DNA of 64,000 nt from Sminthopsis crassicaudata (taxonomy: Eukaryota): assembly GCF_048593235.1 (NCBI RefSeq), contig NC_133619.1:330164454-330228453 (forward strand), read 5' to 3'. The notes beneath the pieces are model-generated. The model was not told the origin of the DNA. It worked only from the letters and a program-made list of their open reading frames with translations, and did no database searches. The stretch's first letter is position 1. Every line of letters starts with the position of its first letter. Made by a program: the position numbers and the translations under genes. Positions 1 through 13,005 of the stretch are shown one piece after another.

Positions 1-1600
1 GAGCAAAAGAATGAAATGGCAAACCAGTATCTTTGTCAAGAAAATCCCAAATGGGGTCACAGAGAGTCAGCAGACAATTGAAATGATTTAGCAATAAAAT
101 AATAGAAACCCTCTACAATGGGCATCTAAAAGCAAGGTATGTCATTGCATATCCCAATGTCCCTGTAGCCACAGGAAGAGATGCTTGTAAAGTATCTAGT
201 CCATTTCCTTCATTTTACAGATGAGAAAATAATTAGAGTAGCTGATATCCAGAAACATTAAATTATGGTTTTACATATATTATCATATTTATCCCCTCTA
301 TTACCTGTATTGCCATTCATTACATCTGTGTGATATTTCCCTATAAAGTGTGAACTCCTAGAGTGTAAATATCTTCTCTGAGGTAAACTTTGTATTTCCC
401 TGAGCAAGGAAGAGAAGGGAATATATTTTCCTATTATGTGCCAATTGCTGTGTTAAAAGCTTAATAAAAATGGTTTGATCTTCACAACAATGCTAGGTGC
501 TATTTTGCAACTAAGGAAACAGGAAAACAAAAGTGAAATGACTGGCTTAGGATCACATACCTACTAAAGTCCAACTCTCTAACTACTGTGCTACTTGGCA
601 TTTAATAAGCGTATCATCGTAATAGTTACATGATAACTTTACTATATTGTCACCTGGATGAATCCAGCCTCTAAACTAGAGCAAGAGCAAAATAGAGTAG
701 ACTAGAGACAGGAAAGTCAGGAATCAAACAGAAGTTTAATTTTCAAGTAAGGGAAATAGCTTGCAAGCAGCAATACATGTACTGGAGCCCTGCCCTTTTG
801 GGGGGACTCGAGGCAGTGTGGGGAGATCTCAGTACTTACACCAATAATTGTATAATGAGCTATAGCCCTGACAGTGAGGGTTAAGGTTTGATTCATAGCA
901 GGGGTGAACACAAAGAATTGTTGTTATGCTAAATTCAGGGCTCAACCTGCTTGCTTAGTCATAACTCTGGAAAACAGAGTATCTCCTCATATTTTGGCAA
1001 TATATATATTTTAAAATAGCAAGTTGTACAAAGTAGATTTGCAGTTTCATGTTCAATCATCATTTTTATAGATTATGTTTTAGAAATGCTTGTTTTGTTC
1101 CATAAGTTAAAATAAAGTAAATTTTTTAAATTAAATTGTAAAGTCTGTGAAGCCAGCAATTCCCATTTTTCATTTTTGCATTCTTAGTGCTTCAACGAAT
1201 AAATAACATGTACTTAATAATTATGAAATGTAACTGAACTAATTGAATTATGTTTTACGGAACAGGCCTAGTAATTAGTCAAAGACAATATGGTCTGAAG
1301 GGCATTATTACCAATAGTATGTTGGTAAATTTTTAACAATCGCCTCTCAAAAAAAAAAAAAGTGCAAAGCACACTTTTAAATTTAACTTGCATCATTAAC
1401 ATTTGCCCAAGTCTAGAAATTCACAAAAAAATGAATCAAACCTTATTACATTGCAGCATCATATTTATTCATACAATTATTATTAGTCTTCTAGTTATGA
1501 GTCAGCCTCCTCTAATCTACAACTCAAATATTTAGTGAGAACCTAATTGTATTGGAGACTGGGATGAGAAGGAGCTCAGAAATAAAAGTCATGGTTCTGC

Positions 1601-1760
1601 CTTTTAGTAGGAGAAGGAAATGAGTGTTTAAATAGCACCTACTATGTGCCAAACTTTTAGTGGGAGAAAGAAATGAGTGTTTATGTAGTACCTATTATGT
1701 ACCAAGCCTTTTAGTGAGGGGAAGGAAATAAGTGTTTAAATAGCACATACTATGTCCCAG
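1601..1760. repeat. Diverged tandem triplication of a 53-54 bp unit (MIR-tail-like)
   Basis: Units start at 1601, 1654 and 1708 (cttttagt.ggagaaggaaatgagtgtttaaatagcacctactatgtgcc), with several substitutions between copies. Confidence 0.85.
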
Positions 1761-2138
1761 GCACTAAGAACTTTTACAAATATCTCCTTTGAACTCTTTA
1801 GGATAGTATAATCCATTTGGAGAGTTAAGCTAGCTTAAGGTCTTATTTGTGGGGGTGGAAGGGACTTTAAAGGTCATCTAGTTCAATGTTCTCTTATTAT
1901 AGAGTCCTAAAGAACTCAAATGATTTGTCTGAGATCACATCGGTAGAAAATGACCAAGTTTTGGTTTTAACCCTGGTCTTCTTGACTTCTGACCTAGGGT
2001 TCTTTCCCATTGTACCTCACTGAGAGTTGGAATGACTTAATTCAATGTCATTTAAAGTCAAGGGACCACTAAATGGCATAGTGTGTCTATTGAGTTCTGG
2101 GTCTAGAGTCAGGAATTCTCCTCTTCCTGAGTTCCAAT

Positions 2139-2320
2139 NNNNNNNNNNNNNNNNNNNNNNNNNNNNNNNNNNNNNNNNNNNNNNNNNNNNNNNNNNNNNN
2201 NNNNNNNNNNNNNNNNNNNNNNNNNNNNNNNNNNNNNNNNNNNNNNNNNNNNNNNNNNNNNNNNNNNNNNNNNNNNNNNNNNNNNNNNNNNNNNNNNNNN
2301 NNNNNNNNNNNNNNNNNNNN
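2139..2320. other. Assembly gap (182 N)
   Basis: Run of N inside a SINE. Confidence 1.
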
Positions 2321-3016
2321 CCAAATCTATTATCTCTGCCAAGAAAACCCCAAATGGGGTGATGGAGAGTCAGGTGACTGAACAATAACCATAAGAGAGC
2401 AATCAGTTAATGGCTAGGTAGTATATTATCAACCATAAGCACAGTGAAAATTCAGAAAAGAGCAAATGAATTAATATAAAAAGCTTTATTAAACAAATAC
2501 TATATGTCAAGCATCGAGTTATGGTGGGGGTTGTCATGGAGAAGAGTGATGAGACTTGAGTTAAGCCTTTGGGTCTTTGGTGGGGGGGAATTGAATAGGC
2601 AAAGAGGAAGAAGGTGGGCATTCTATATTGGGGAAAATAATAAAAGGATGGAAAGAGAGAAATGGAAAGACTGGAAAATTGGCCTGCTTCCCCATTTCCT
2701 TCAACTCTTTTCTAATTGCCAGATCCCTTTTTTCCTTCCCTTCCCTTCTCCACTGAGATTGATGGCTTTGTCTAAAAATGAACTCCATATCCATAGCTGA
2801 GCATTGGAAGTAATACCTGAATTGAATTTGGAGTCAGAGAGCCCAGATTCACCCACATTCCCTATTTAGTCTATATAATTACTAATTGAGTCACTTTCTT
2901 CTATGGGCTTCATTTTCCTTGGTTGTCCAATAAGGGCAATGCACTAGACATTCTCTAAAGGCCTTTCCACACCTCTAGGATCCTGTAATGAGATGTCATC
3001 TTTAAGATTCTTATTA

Positions 3017-3147
3017 GGGCAGCTAGATGGCGCAGAGGATAAAGCACCAGCCCTGTCCTGGATTCAGACACTTAATGTTTCCCAGTTGTGAGAACCTGGG
3101 CAAGTCACTTAACCCCAATTTCCTCAGCAAAAAAATAAAAAAATAAA
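3017..3147 (+). mobile_element. WSINE1-like tRNA-derived SINE
   Basis: gggcagctagatggcgcag...agcaccagccctg...cagacacttaa...gggcaagtcacttaaccccaatttcctcagc plus A-tail; partial TSD aagattc. Confidence 0.8.
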
Positions 3148-3929
3148 GATTCCTCTCAAGCTGTCAGGGGCCCATAAATTAGAGACAGAATTTGTAGGAG
3201 GAAAGAAAGAGGGGAGAAGTGAGTCATCTTACTATAACAACTTTTTATTACAAAGGAAATTGAAATATAAAATAAACAATTTCCTTTAACAACAGAAAAG
3301 CACTGAACCGTTAAGATGCTGTTTAAATCAACAGTGTGTTCATATTCTTCTGAAAACACCTTTCTCTATAATAATTTAGTGCTATTGGCTAAAGCAAACA
3401 ATTCGTAAATGAAAGAAGAAAAAGCATTCTAATGCTTCTGCCTCTCAGAATTCCTTGTTTTCTTCCATTTCCATCTGCTACCTGAGGACTGTCCTTATCA
3501 CTCCCACTTTCTGACCACCTTGTTAGTATTTTCTCCTTAAAATTACTTTAACTTTGAATGTAATTGTAATTAGGCTTTACCTGCAGGCTTCCACCTCTGC
3601 TGTGTTTCTCTTTGGCAGGAAGACAAAGTTTGCAAACTTACAAAGTAACAAAGGTTACTTACTCATGTCTATGTATGTAGTAGATGACACACAACTCACA
3701 GATGTGCACACACACAAATACACACATACATGATTGTAAACTCATTGATACTTGCTATCTGTATGTGTTAGGAAAGGTATCTATCTTGGACCTCAGTTTC
3801 CTCATCTATATGGTACCCAGATCTGAGCATACTACTTTACATAGAGTGTGTCCAATGCAGAAAACAGTGAGAATATTACTTTACTTACTCAGCACAAGAT
3901 TACATTTACTAATTTTTTTTTTGGCTGAC

Positions 3930-4280
3930 ATCCCACATTGTTGATTCATGCTCAGTTTACAATACACTAAAACCACAATTTTTTTTTTTCTGTACAAACT
4001 ATCCAGCTATGTTGCCCCTATCATGAAGAAGATTTTTGGAACCCAAAGTTAAGAATTCTCATTGAGCCATGATGAATTTCATCTAATTAAGTTCAACCCA
4101 ATATTCTAGGATCTCATGATCTTTTTGGATTCAGTATGTTAGCTATCTCTCCAAGTTATGTCATATAAAAAGTTGACAAGCATATCATCTATACCTTTAT
4201 TTAAGACATTGATGAAAATTTAAACAAAATAAGACAGGACAGGGTAAGGTCAAACTCCTGGGGTTTTCCACTAAGAAACA
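3930..4280 (-). mobile_element. L3/CR1 LINE fragment (continues at ~4680-4830 and in each 470-bp unit)
   Basis: Reverse strand resembles the CR1 RT 3' region. The downstream piece reads V-C-L-D-F-S-K-A-L-D-K, like the CR1 YLDFSKAFD motif, at ~4745-4780. Confidence 0.7.
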
Positions 4281-4367
4281 TCTTTTATAGGGAGCCTATC
4301 CCAACCCTTCTTGATTTTAGTGTCTTCCATGTGTTAATTATTTCTTGTTTTTATTGTGTATACATAC

Positions 4368-4401
<34 letters not shown>

Positions 4402-4459
4402 ATTTGTTTTCATGTCATTTCCTCTACTGTAAGCTCTTTAAGGGCTGAGACTATCTCTC

Positions 4460-4672
4460 GTTATCTGATGTTGCTTCAGTCAAACTGAGACCTATCAAAG
4501 ACCTTAGCTTAAAAAGACCACAGTCTCCCACTGCATGCAGGGCCATCTCCAGTTATCCTGATCTATAATCTTGCCCCTGGACCCAGATGGCTCTGGAGGA
4601 GAAAGTGACTTTACACACCCCTTTCTCACTTAAATCTAATTCATTTGAATGTCATGGCATTATCTTCCTGAT
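4460..4672 (-). mobile_element. Mar1-like marsupial SINE
   Basis: Reverse complement matches my recollection of Mar1 (...ctcctccagagccatctgggtccag...gatggccctg...cttttaagctaaggtct...gtctcagtttgactgaagcaac). Confidence 0.7.
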
Positions 4673-4696
4673 AGGTACTTAACTGGTTACAGACTC

Positions 4697-6110
4697 ATGA
4701 TAGTCTAGCCCATATTTCTCCTTTTACCCAAGGATTTCAACAGAAGCTTTGTCCAATGCTTTGCTGAAATCTAGGCAAACTTAACAGCATTTCCCTGGTT
4801 TTAACAGTCTAGTAATCCCAGGATAAAGTCTTTCCACACCAAGCCAAGGAAGAGAATTTTCTTCTTACTAGTGAATTTTCCCCACCCAGCCCATCTTCCA
4901 TCAGGAACAGGTTGGGAGTGGGAGGGTGTAGAAGGAAGTGGTTTGGAAAGCATGGGGAAGGAGAAGGGAGGCTTGAAAAACCAAGATCAGTGGTGAAAGA
5001 AGACCCTAAAAGGGAGTCCACCTGACATGGTGACTCAGAGAGAGGTTAAATAACTTTTGCCTATATTTTGTAAGCATTAGACTCTGAAGCCCAGAATTTC
5101 CTCTGCACCATGTTATACCCCTTTCTTAAGTATCCATAAAATCCCTATGACCATATGAAATGTGTAATGATAGTCTAGCCCATATTTCTCCTTTTACCCA
5201 AGGATTTCAACAGAAGCTTTGTCCAATGCTTTGCTGAAATCTAGGCAAACTTAACAGCATTTCCCTGGTTTTACCAGTCTAGTAATCCCAGGATAAAGTC
5301 TTTCCACACCAAGCCAAGGAAGAGAATTTTCTTCTTACTAGTGAATTTTCCCCACCCAGCCCATCTTCCATCAGGAACAGGTTGGGAGTGGGAGGGTGTA
5401 GAAGGAAGTGGTTTGGAAAGCATGGGGAAGGAGAAGGGAGGCTTGAAAAACCAAGATCAGTGGTGAAAGAAGACCCTAAAAGGGAGTCCACCTGACATGG
5501 TGACTCAGAGAGAGGTTAAGTAACTTTTGCCTATATTTTGTAAGCATTAGACTCTGAAGCCCAGAATTTCCTCTGCACCATGTTATACCCCTTTCTTAAG
5601 TATCCATAAAATCCCTATGACCATATCAAATGTGTAATGATAGTCTAGCCCATATTTCTCCTTTTACCCAAGGATTTCAACAGAAGCTTTGTCCAATGCT
5701 TTGCTGAAATCTAGGCAAACTTAACAGCATTTCCCTGGTTTTACCAGTCTAGTAATCCCAGGATAAAGTCTTTCCACACCAAGCCAAGGAAGAGAATTTT
5801 CTTCTTACTAGTGAATTTTCCCCACCCAGCCCATCTTCCATCAGGAACAGGTTAGGAGTGGGAGGGTGTAGAAGGAAGTGGTTTGGAAAGCATGGGGAAG
5901 GAGAAGGGAGGCTTGAAAAACCAAGATCAGTGGTGAAAGAAGACCCTAAAAGGGAGTCCACCTGACATGGTGACTCAGAGAGAGGTTAAGTAACTTTTGC
6001 CTATATTTTGTAAGCATTAGACTCTGAAGCCCAGAATTTCCTCTGCACCATGTTATACCCCTTTCTTAAGTATCCATAAAATCCCTATGACCATATCAAA
6101 TGTGTAATGA
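4697..6110. repeat. Tandem triplication, 3 x 470 bp, >99% identical
   Basis: Units 4701-5170, 5171-5640 and 5641-6110. The identical 70-aa ORF recurs at 470-nt spacing. I found only 4 variant positions, and ATGA microhomology at the junctions. Confidence 0.97.
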
Positions 6111-6279
6111 GCAACTAATAAATAAATGCTGGTCACTTAGATAAAATTACTGTTGTATCTATTGCCATGCCCTGACCAGGACTCATAGAACTGAGAGATG
6201 AAAGATAGAAAGAGAGATCATCTAGCCAATGTATTCATTTCATAATAAAATATAGTAAACATTCATTTATTCTCCCTCT

Positions 6280-6830
6280 TTCCTCCCACCCCTAAAAAAT
6301 CCTTATTAAAATATGCATAGTCAAGAAAATTAAAACCAAATTGAATTAGACACATTTAAAAATATGTCTCATTCTGCATTTCCATCATCTTCTCTCTATT
6401 GGGAGGTAGTGTGCTTCATCATCAGTCCTCTGATATGGTTGTTCATTTTGTTGATTAGAGTTCTTAAGAATTTCAAAGTTGTTCATTTATTGCAAGATTA
6501 GCATTATTATGTAAATTGTTCCCCTGGTTCCATACACTTCAATCTACAATAGTTCATATAAGTTTTCCCAAGTTTTTTTTTTCTGAAACCATCCCCTCCC
6601 TCATTTCTAACAACACTATAGTATTCCATCATATTCATCTACCAAAACTTGTTCAGTTATTCCTCAGTTAACAAATCATCAGAATAAGTTTTTAGATCTC
6701 TGTCACCCCAAAAAGAGCTCCTTTTTTGGTTACTATGGGTTCTTTCCCTCTTTCTTTGATCTCTTTGCTATATAGACCTCATAGTGATATTGCTAGATCA
6801 AAGTATATACAAAGTTTTGTAACTTTTTGC
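6280..6830 (-). mobile_element. Old L1 3' end fragment
   Basis: Antisense L1 3' motifs (tgctagatcaaagtatatac, tctttgatctctttg, ttccatcatattcat). Confidence 0.65.
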
Positions 6831-8416
6831 CAATGCCCTCATTTTGGAGAGAGAAACCAAGTCCAAGAAATAAGGAAGTCACACACTTGGTAAGTGTCAG
6901 AGCTGGGATTCAAATCCAGGACTTTGGACTCCAAATCCTATGTATATTTAGGATGGTATTGGCCATCACTGCCATCAGTAACTTGGTTGCTTCTGGAAGT
7001 CAAGGGCAAGATACTGATAATAGCAGTGCTCTATGCCTAACTCAGCCTGAGAAATGGAAAGAATTCTGGATTTGGAATCAAAGGATGTTCAATTGATGTT
7101 CAAATTAAGTTCAAATACCAGTTCTGTTATTCACTGACTATATGGCTTTGGAAAATTCACTTACCTACTCTGGGCCTATAAAAAATTAAAGGATTAAACC
7201 AAATGAACTTTAAAATGTATTCTATTGCACATATTTAACTTATATCAGATTGTTTGCTGTCTTGAGAAAGGGAGGAGAGAGGGAGAACAATTTGGAACAC
7301 AAGGTTTTGCAGAGGTGAATATTGAAAACTATCTTTGCAGGTATTTGGAAAAATTAAATATTATTAAGTACAAAAAATTAAAAAGTTGTCTTCCAGCTCT
7401 AAATTTATGAATTTAATCAAAATAAAAAATTATAGGATCATATATTTAAATCCAGAAAGGAACCTTAGATATCTTTTGGGTAACATAGTGGATAGAGTAT
7501 ATATTTAGAGTCAAGAAGAGCTAAATTCAAATACTGCTTCATATATTTACTAGTTATGTGACCTCTTATGAGGATAATAATTGAATCTACCAGACAGAGT
7601 TGTTGTGAGGATCAAGATATAAATGCAAAATGCTATGCAAATCTTCAAGCACTATACAAATGTTAGTTATCATTATCATTATCATCATCATTATCAGGTC
7701 CAATCCCCCATTTTGCAGATGAAGAAACCAAGGAAAAGAGGAATTAAGTGACTTAAAGTTAAACAAGATGTAGCATTATTAGGTGAGATTCAAGTCCAGT
7801 TCTTCTGATTCTATTTGGAATATTCCATTTCATCAAGCTATGAGTCAATAAATTTTAACCTTGCCCCTTTCATTCCACACCCACTGTCCAACCCTACTCG
7901 TTTGTGATTAACAGTTCAATGTTAGAGAAATAGCAACTATGGAGGATCATAGATTCGGAAACGACTTTAGAGTCATTTAATCCAATCCCTTCACATTATA
8001 AAAGGGGAAACTGAAGCCCAGGGAGGTTTGTGAGTTTTTCCAGGTAACACAGGCAATAAATGGTAAAACCAGGATTAGATTTGAAGACTTCTCATTCCAA
8101 ATTCAATATTCCTTCCACAATATCACACTGATTCTCAAAAAGACATCAACAATGGCACTATCCACAAGTTCTGACCCTCTCCACCAGTATGCATGTCTCC
8201 ATGTTACTGGGAGCAGAAAAATTAATGGTCCCTTCTTCATCATCCCAATGATGGCAGAATTCTTAGTCTGGCCAGCTTACTTACTCAGTGGTTTGACCGA
8301 TTTCCTCTTATGACCTGAAGGGGTGACCCCAACCCCAAACCCCAAGAGTTTTATAAAGGAAGCCACTCTTTGGGATGGCATTTACACTCAAAATGTCCTT
8401 CTCTGCTCTTTCTTAG

Positions 8417-8665
<249 letters not shown>

Positions 8666-9488
8666 TAAGCCATGACAACGGCAAATAAAGTGTGGGCAAG
8701 GTGGGTGATTACTTCAGGGAAGTGTTAGCTCAAAAATAAATGCATAACACTGTCCAAATTGAGAGCTTCTTTGCCAGTGGAAATTTAGCTGCAATAGAAT
8801 CATAACAATCATTCACAAGAATTCACATGAAGGGAGGTAAAGGTAAAAGGGAATTCAACCTTTCTAGAAATCCCCCTAGATCATTCTTGAAGTTTGAAAT
8901 ACTTTACCAGGCTTATAGAATGTTCCAGAAAGATAAATAATGATACTAGCTCCTGACATTTTTTATAACACTTTAAGATTTGCAAAGTGCTTTACATATG
9001 TTATTTCATTCGGTCATGATAGCAATCCTCTGTGATGGATATTCTAGATTATTATTGAGAAAACCCTCAATGTAAAAAAACAAAAGATATCAACAAAAAA
9101 AATTGAAGATAAAAAAGAAAGTCCTCAGCCCCAATCTCTCAGGTTGTTAAAAAACAAAGAAAAACACCAGTTATGCCTGCCTCTGTTCTCATTTATTGTC
9201 CTTTTTCTTTTATTTACTCCCCATTCCTATTTCTGACTTGAGCAATTCCAAACCATCAAACAAATTGTGTAATAATGCTATAGGTGAACAGAGGGAGGGA
9301 GGAAGAAAGAGAAGAGAACCTTTAAATCTCTTATTTTATCTCCCTTCTTCCTATGTCTCTAGGTGTTTTCTAGTCATTTCCTGAAGGTGAAATAGAGTAT
9401 GGAAAGGGAGGAGGGGAAAAACTAAATTTCTCTTTTCCTTCTTGCATTTCTGATGAAATTTTCTAATGATAATATATTTTTAATTATA

Positions 9489-9890
9489 GATTTTTGTTGA
9501 CAGAACATAAGCATGGGTAATTTTTCAACACTGACTCTTGCAATCATTTCTGGTCCAACTTTTCTCTTCCTTCCCTCCACCTCCTCCCTCTAGATGGCAG
9601 GCAGTCTCATACATATTAAACATATTAAAGTATATCTAAAATACATATTTATACAATTCTCTTGTTGCACAAGAAAAATCGGATTTAGAAAGGTAAAAAT
9701 AACCTGGGAAGAAAAACAAAAATGCAAGCAGTCCATACTCATTTCCCAGTGTTCTTTCATTGGGTGAGCTGGTTCTGTTCATCACTGATCAGTTGGAATT
9801 GAATTGGATCCTCTCATTGCTGAAGAGAGCCACTTCCATCAGAGTTGATCCCCATATAGTATTGTTGGTGAAGTATATAATGATCTCCTG
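9489..9890 (-). mobile_element. 5'-truncated marsupial L1 3' end
   Basis: Antisense L1 3' UTR (cccctctagatggcaggcag...ctcatttcccagtgttct...atgatctcctg), flanked by degenerate TSD taat(g/a)ataatat...ttttaa. Confidence 0.8.
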
Positions 9891-9964
9891 TAATAATAAT
9901 ATTTTTAAGTCCACACAATACTACAGCTGTGTGAGGTAGATAGTGTTTCATATTTTACAGGTAG

Positions 9965-10210
9965 GAGTAGCTAGGGTGGTACAGTGGATAGAACACTGGG
10001 CCTAAAGTCAGGAAGACTCATTTTGGTTAGTTTATCTGGCTTCAGACATTTACTAATTGTGTAACCCTAGGCTAGTCACTTAACCTGGTTTGCTTCAGTT
10101 TTCTCACCTGTAAAAATGACCTAGAAAAGAAAATAGTAAACCACTCTGGTAGCTTTACCAAGAAAACCTTAAATGGGGTCATGAAGAGTCTGAAATAATT
10201 AAACAACAAA
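9965..10210 (+). mobile_element. MIR/Mar3-type CORE SINE (representative of many copies, e.g. 1-100, 2085-2390, 14925-15060, 19455-19705, 24850-25085, 50395-50655, 52858-53084; antisense 12590-12790, 40140-40400)
   Basis: tRNA head (gctagggtggtacagtggatagaacactgggcc), CORE (gtcacttaacc...cagttttctcacctgtaaaatg) and tail (ccaagaaaacc...aaatggggtcatgaagagtc). Confidence 0.8.
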
Positions 10211-11395
10211 ATTTTACGGTAAGAACCCTGGGATAGAGAGATAAGTTTCTATTGGGTGTCTTACTCCATTTCCTATTACTTTTGCCTCTATGTTTTTGTG
10301 GATTGGGTTAGGGGAGTTGAGTAGAGGAGGAATGGATAAAGCTATATATATTTTTAGCACTTTTATGATCAAAGAGACTTGGAGGTGCTATTCTTCCAAA
10401 GTAGATAATAGGATCTTGGAGAAATTCTATCCAGCCGGCTGCTTTTCCACCCAGAGTACTCCTCCCTCAACCCTATAACACTCCCTCCCCACTGATTTAT
10501 CAAACATTATTCCAACACTACTTAGTGTACCCTCTTTATTTAATCCCAGCTACTGGGCTACAACAGGCCATTCTTATCACAGACTCCTTGTGGGCAAGGG
10601 CAGATCCTATTTATTTTTACATCTTCTCTCAGGTCTTAGTACAATGTGTGAGGACATCAGTAAATATTTATGGAATAAACTCTTGTTATGTAAGCCCCCC
10701 AGCTAATATTGTATGACTTCACAGAATTCAATTTGCTTCCATTACTTCTTTTCCTCCACATACAGAGATACTGAAAAGGTTGTTTAACATGTGAAGAGAA
10801 ATTCTAGAGGCCTAGAGTCAGTGTCTCTTCCTACTTTTGAAGTAATTTATTACCTTAAGCAGGCAAAGGCCATAGGACCACAGATAATGTATTTTATTCT
10901 TCTCAGGAACCTAAGGCCTTCTGATAGCAACTGTGCTGTTTAGAAAAGGGCATTTACTCTTTTAGGTCTCCAGGTTAACCCATTCAATCTATTATTCCAG
11001 AAATAACCAACTTTCTATAAAATTCACCTGATCCATTATTGACATTGCAGTTTGTCCAGAGTGCTCTTTGCTTTTGTTGTCAGTATTATCTATTTCCAGC
11101 TGTGTCTACACATAACTAATCTGGCCATTTCCCTGAATTGATGTGTCACTTTAATATAAAAATACTTAAAATTACTTCTACCTGAGTCATGGCCTCTGCC
11201 TTCTCTTCTTCCAAATTCATTCCTTCATTCAAAAGGAGATGAAAGGGAAAGAAATTGGATTTCCTCTCCTGTTTAGGGGTTAGTTTCAATCACCAAAAGA
11301 GTAATTTTATTTCCTATTTATCTCCCTGGTCAGGATTGAAGCATAGGAATCCATATATACAGGAAGATTAGAGATGGAAGGGAGAGAATAATAAA

Positions 11396-11872
11396 GGAAA
11401 AGAGGAAAGGAGGGAGGGGCAAAAAAGAAGGAGGGAAGGAAGGAAGAGAGGAAAAGAAAAAAACAGAGAGAAGGAGGGAGAAAAGGAAGGAAGCAAGCAA
11501 GCAAGGAAGAAAAGAACAAAGGAAGAGAGGAAGAGAAAGGACAGAAGGAGGTAGGGAAAGAAGAGGAGAGGAAGGAAGAAAAAAGGAAGGGAGGGAGAGA
11601 AAAAAGGAAGAAAAAGGAAGAAGAAAGGAAGGGAGAGAGGGAGGGAGAGAGAAAGAAGGAAGCAAACAAGGAAGGAAGGAAGAAAAGAACAAAGGAAGAG
11701 AGGAAGAGAAAGGATAGAAGAAGGAAGGAAAGGAAGAGAAGGAGAGAAAGGAAGAAGGGAGAGAGAGAGAGAAGGAAGGAAGGAAGCAAGGAGGGTGGGA
11801 AGAAGGGAAAAAGGGAAGGAAGGAAAAGGGAAGGAAGAAGGGAACAAAGGAGGAAAGGAAGGAAGAAAAAAA
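11396..11872. repeat. Polypurine (AAGG/GAAG) low-complexity tract
   Basis: ~480 nt almost entirely A/G on the + strand, with an internal ~45-nt duplication at ~11503 and ~11676. Confidence 0.95.
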
Positions 11873-12897
11873 TATACATTGATTAAGTGCTTACACTATG
11901 CTAAGCATTTACAAATACTATTTCATTTCATTCTAATCACTCTGGGAGATGGTACTATTATTATCCCCAGTTTACAGATGAGGAAACTGAGGCACAGAAG
12001 TTTAAGACTTAGGGTTCCACATCTAGTCTGAGGCTGGACTTGAACTCAGGTCTTTTTTATTCGAAACTCATCACTGTCCCATTTATCAACTAGCTGACTC
12101 TGATTCACAGAGAAGATGCAGCTCACATTGGTAGAGTGACTTTCCTTAACCTACACTAAGACCAGTCCTTAGTTAAAGTTTACAAAGCACTTATCTCACT
12201 GTAACAATGAGAAGTCCATAGTCCATAGTATTATCCATTTTTTTTTTTTTACAAATCAGGACCAAGGCTCACAGAGGCAAATTAGTTTCTCCAAAGAGAC
12301 AAAATTTATTAAGTTTGAGAGCACGGGCATGAATCCAAGTCTTCTGATTCTAAGGCCAGTGCTCTTTCTATGACATCTCTTTAACTCTATAGAAGCTTCA
12401 GGTTTGAATATTCAACAGCATTTTCCATTATTTGTCACCATACAGTTGTGTCAGTAACCCATCCTGAAACTGAGAGAAATTTTCATCTTTACTCTCTCAC
12501 CTTTTTCCAGAATAAGAATTTGACTTCATTTTGTACTTCTTATTTGTAGTTTCTCCATTTATATTATATAAAAACAATTTCCTTTTTCTGGTTTATTGTT
12601 ATTATTCATGTTTGACTCTCTGTGACCCCATTTGAGGTTTTCTTGGCAAAGATAATAGAATGGTCACTGAAGGAATTTGCTATTTCTTTCTCCCATTCAT
12701 TTTACAGATGAGGAAACTGAGGTATTCAGGGCTTGCCCAGTCTCCCAGCCATTAAGTGTCTGAGGCAAGATTTGAATTCAAGAAGATGAGTCTCCCTGAC
12801 TATCGTTTTGACATCAGGGGCTAAGCAACATAAAAATTAACTTTTATATTTAATGATGTGAAAGGAAATTAAGTAATTAAGATGAATTTAATTAAAT

Positions 12898-13005
12898 AGC
12901 ATCTTCTCTGATGAGGGCACACCATGCTGGGGCAGTCCTATACTAGCGTCTCCTATGTCACACAAATCAATTCCAAAATTTTTAAGATAGACTTTGAAAT
13001 CCCAT
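12898..13005 (-). mobile_element. RTE LINE C-terminal fragment
   Basis: Minus strand reads KVYLKNFGID/CVT*ETLV*DCPAWCALIRE, like the marsupial RTE ORF end (LKNFGIDCxTWETLAQDRPAWRALIRE). Confidence 0.7.

Noticed and set aside
4809-5961. Three identical 70-aa minus-strand ORFs as a tandem small-gene array
   Set aside because: They start at GTG, have no splice or promoter context, overlap decayed L3/MIR sequence, and are identical only because the DNA duplication is recent.
4697-6110. CRISPR-like array
   Set aside because: Units are contiguous 470-bp duplicates without unique spacers, and the sequence is mammalian with no cas genes.
11307-12031. Long F/L/S/P-rich and K/E/G-rich ORFs
   Set aside because: Artefacts of translating a polypurine low-complexity tract that lacks stop codons.
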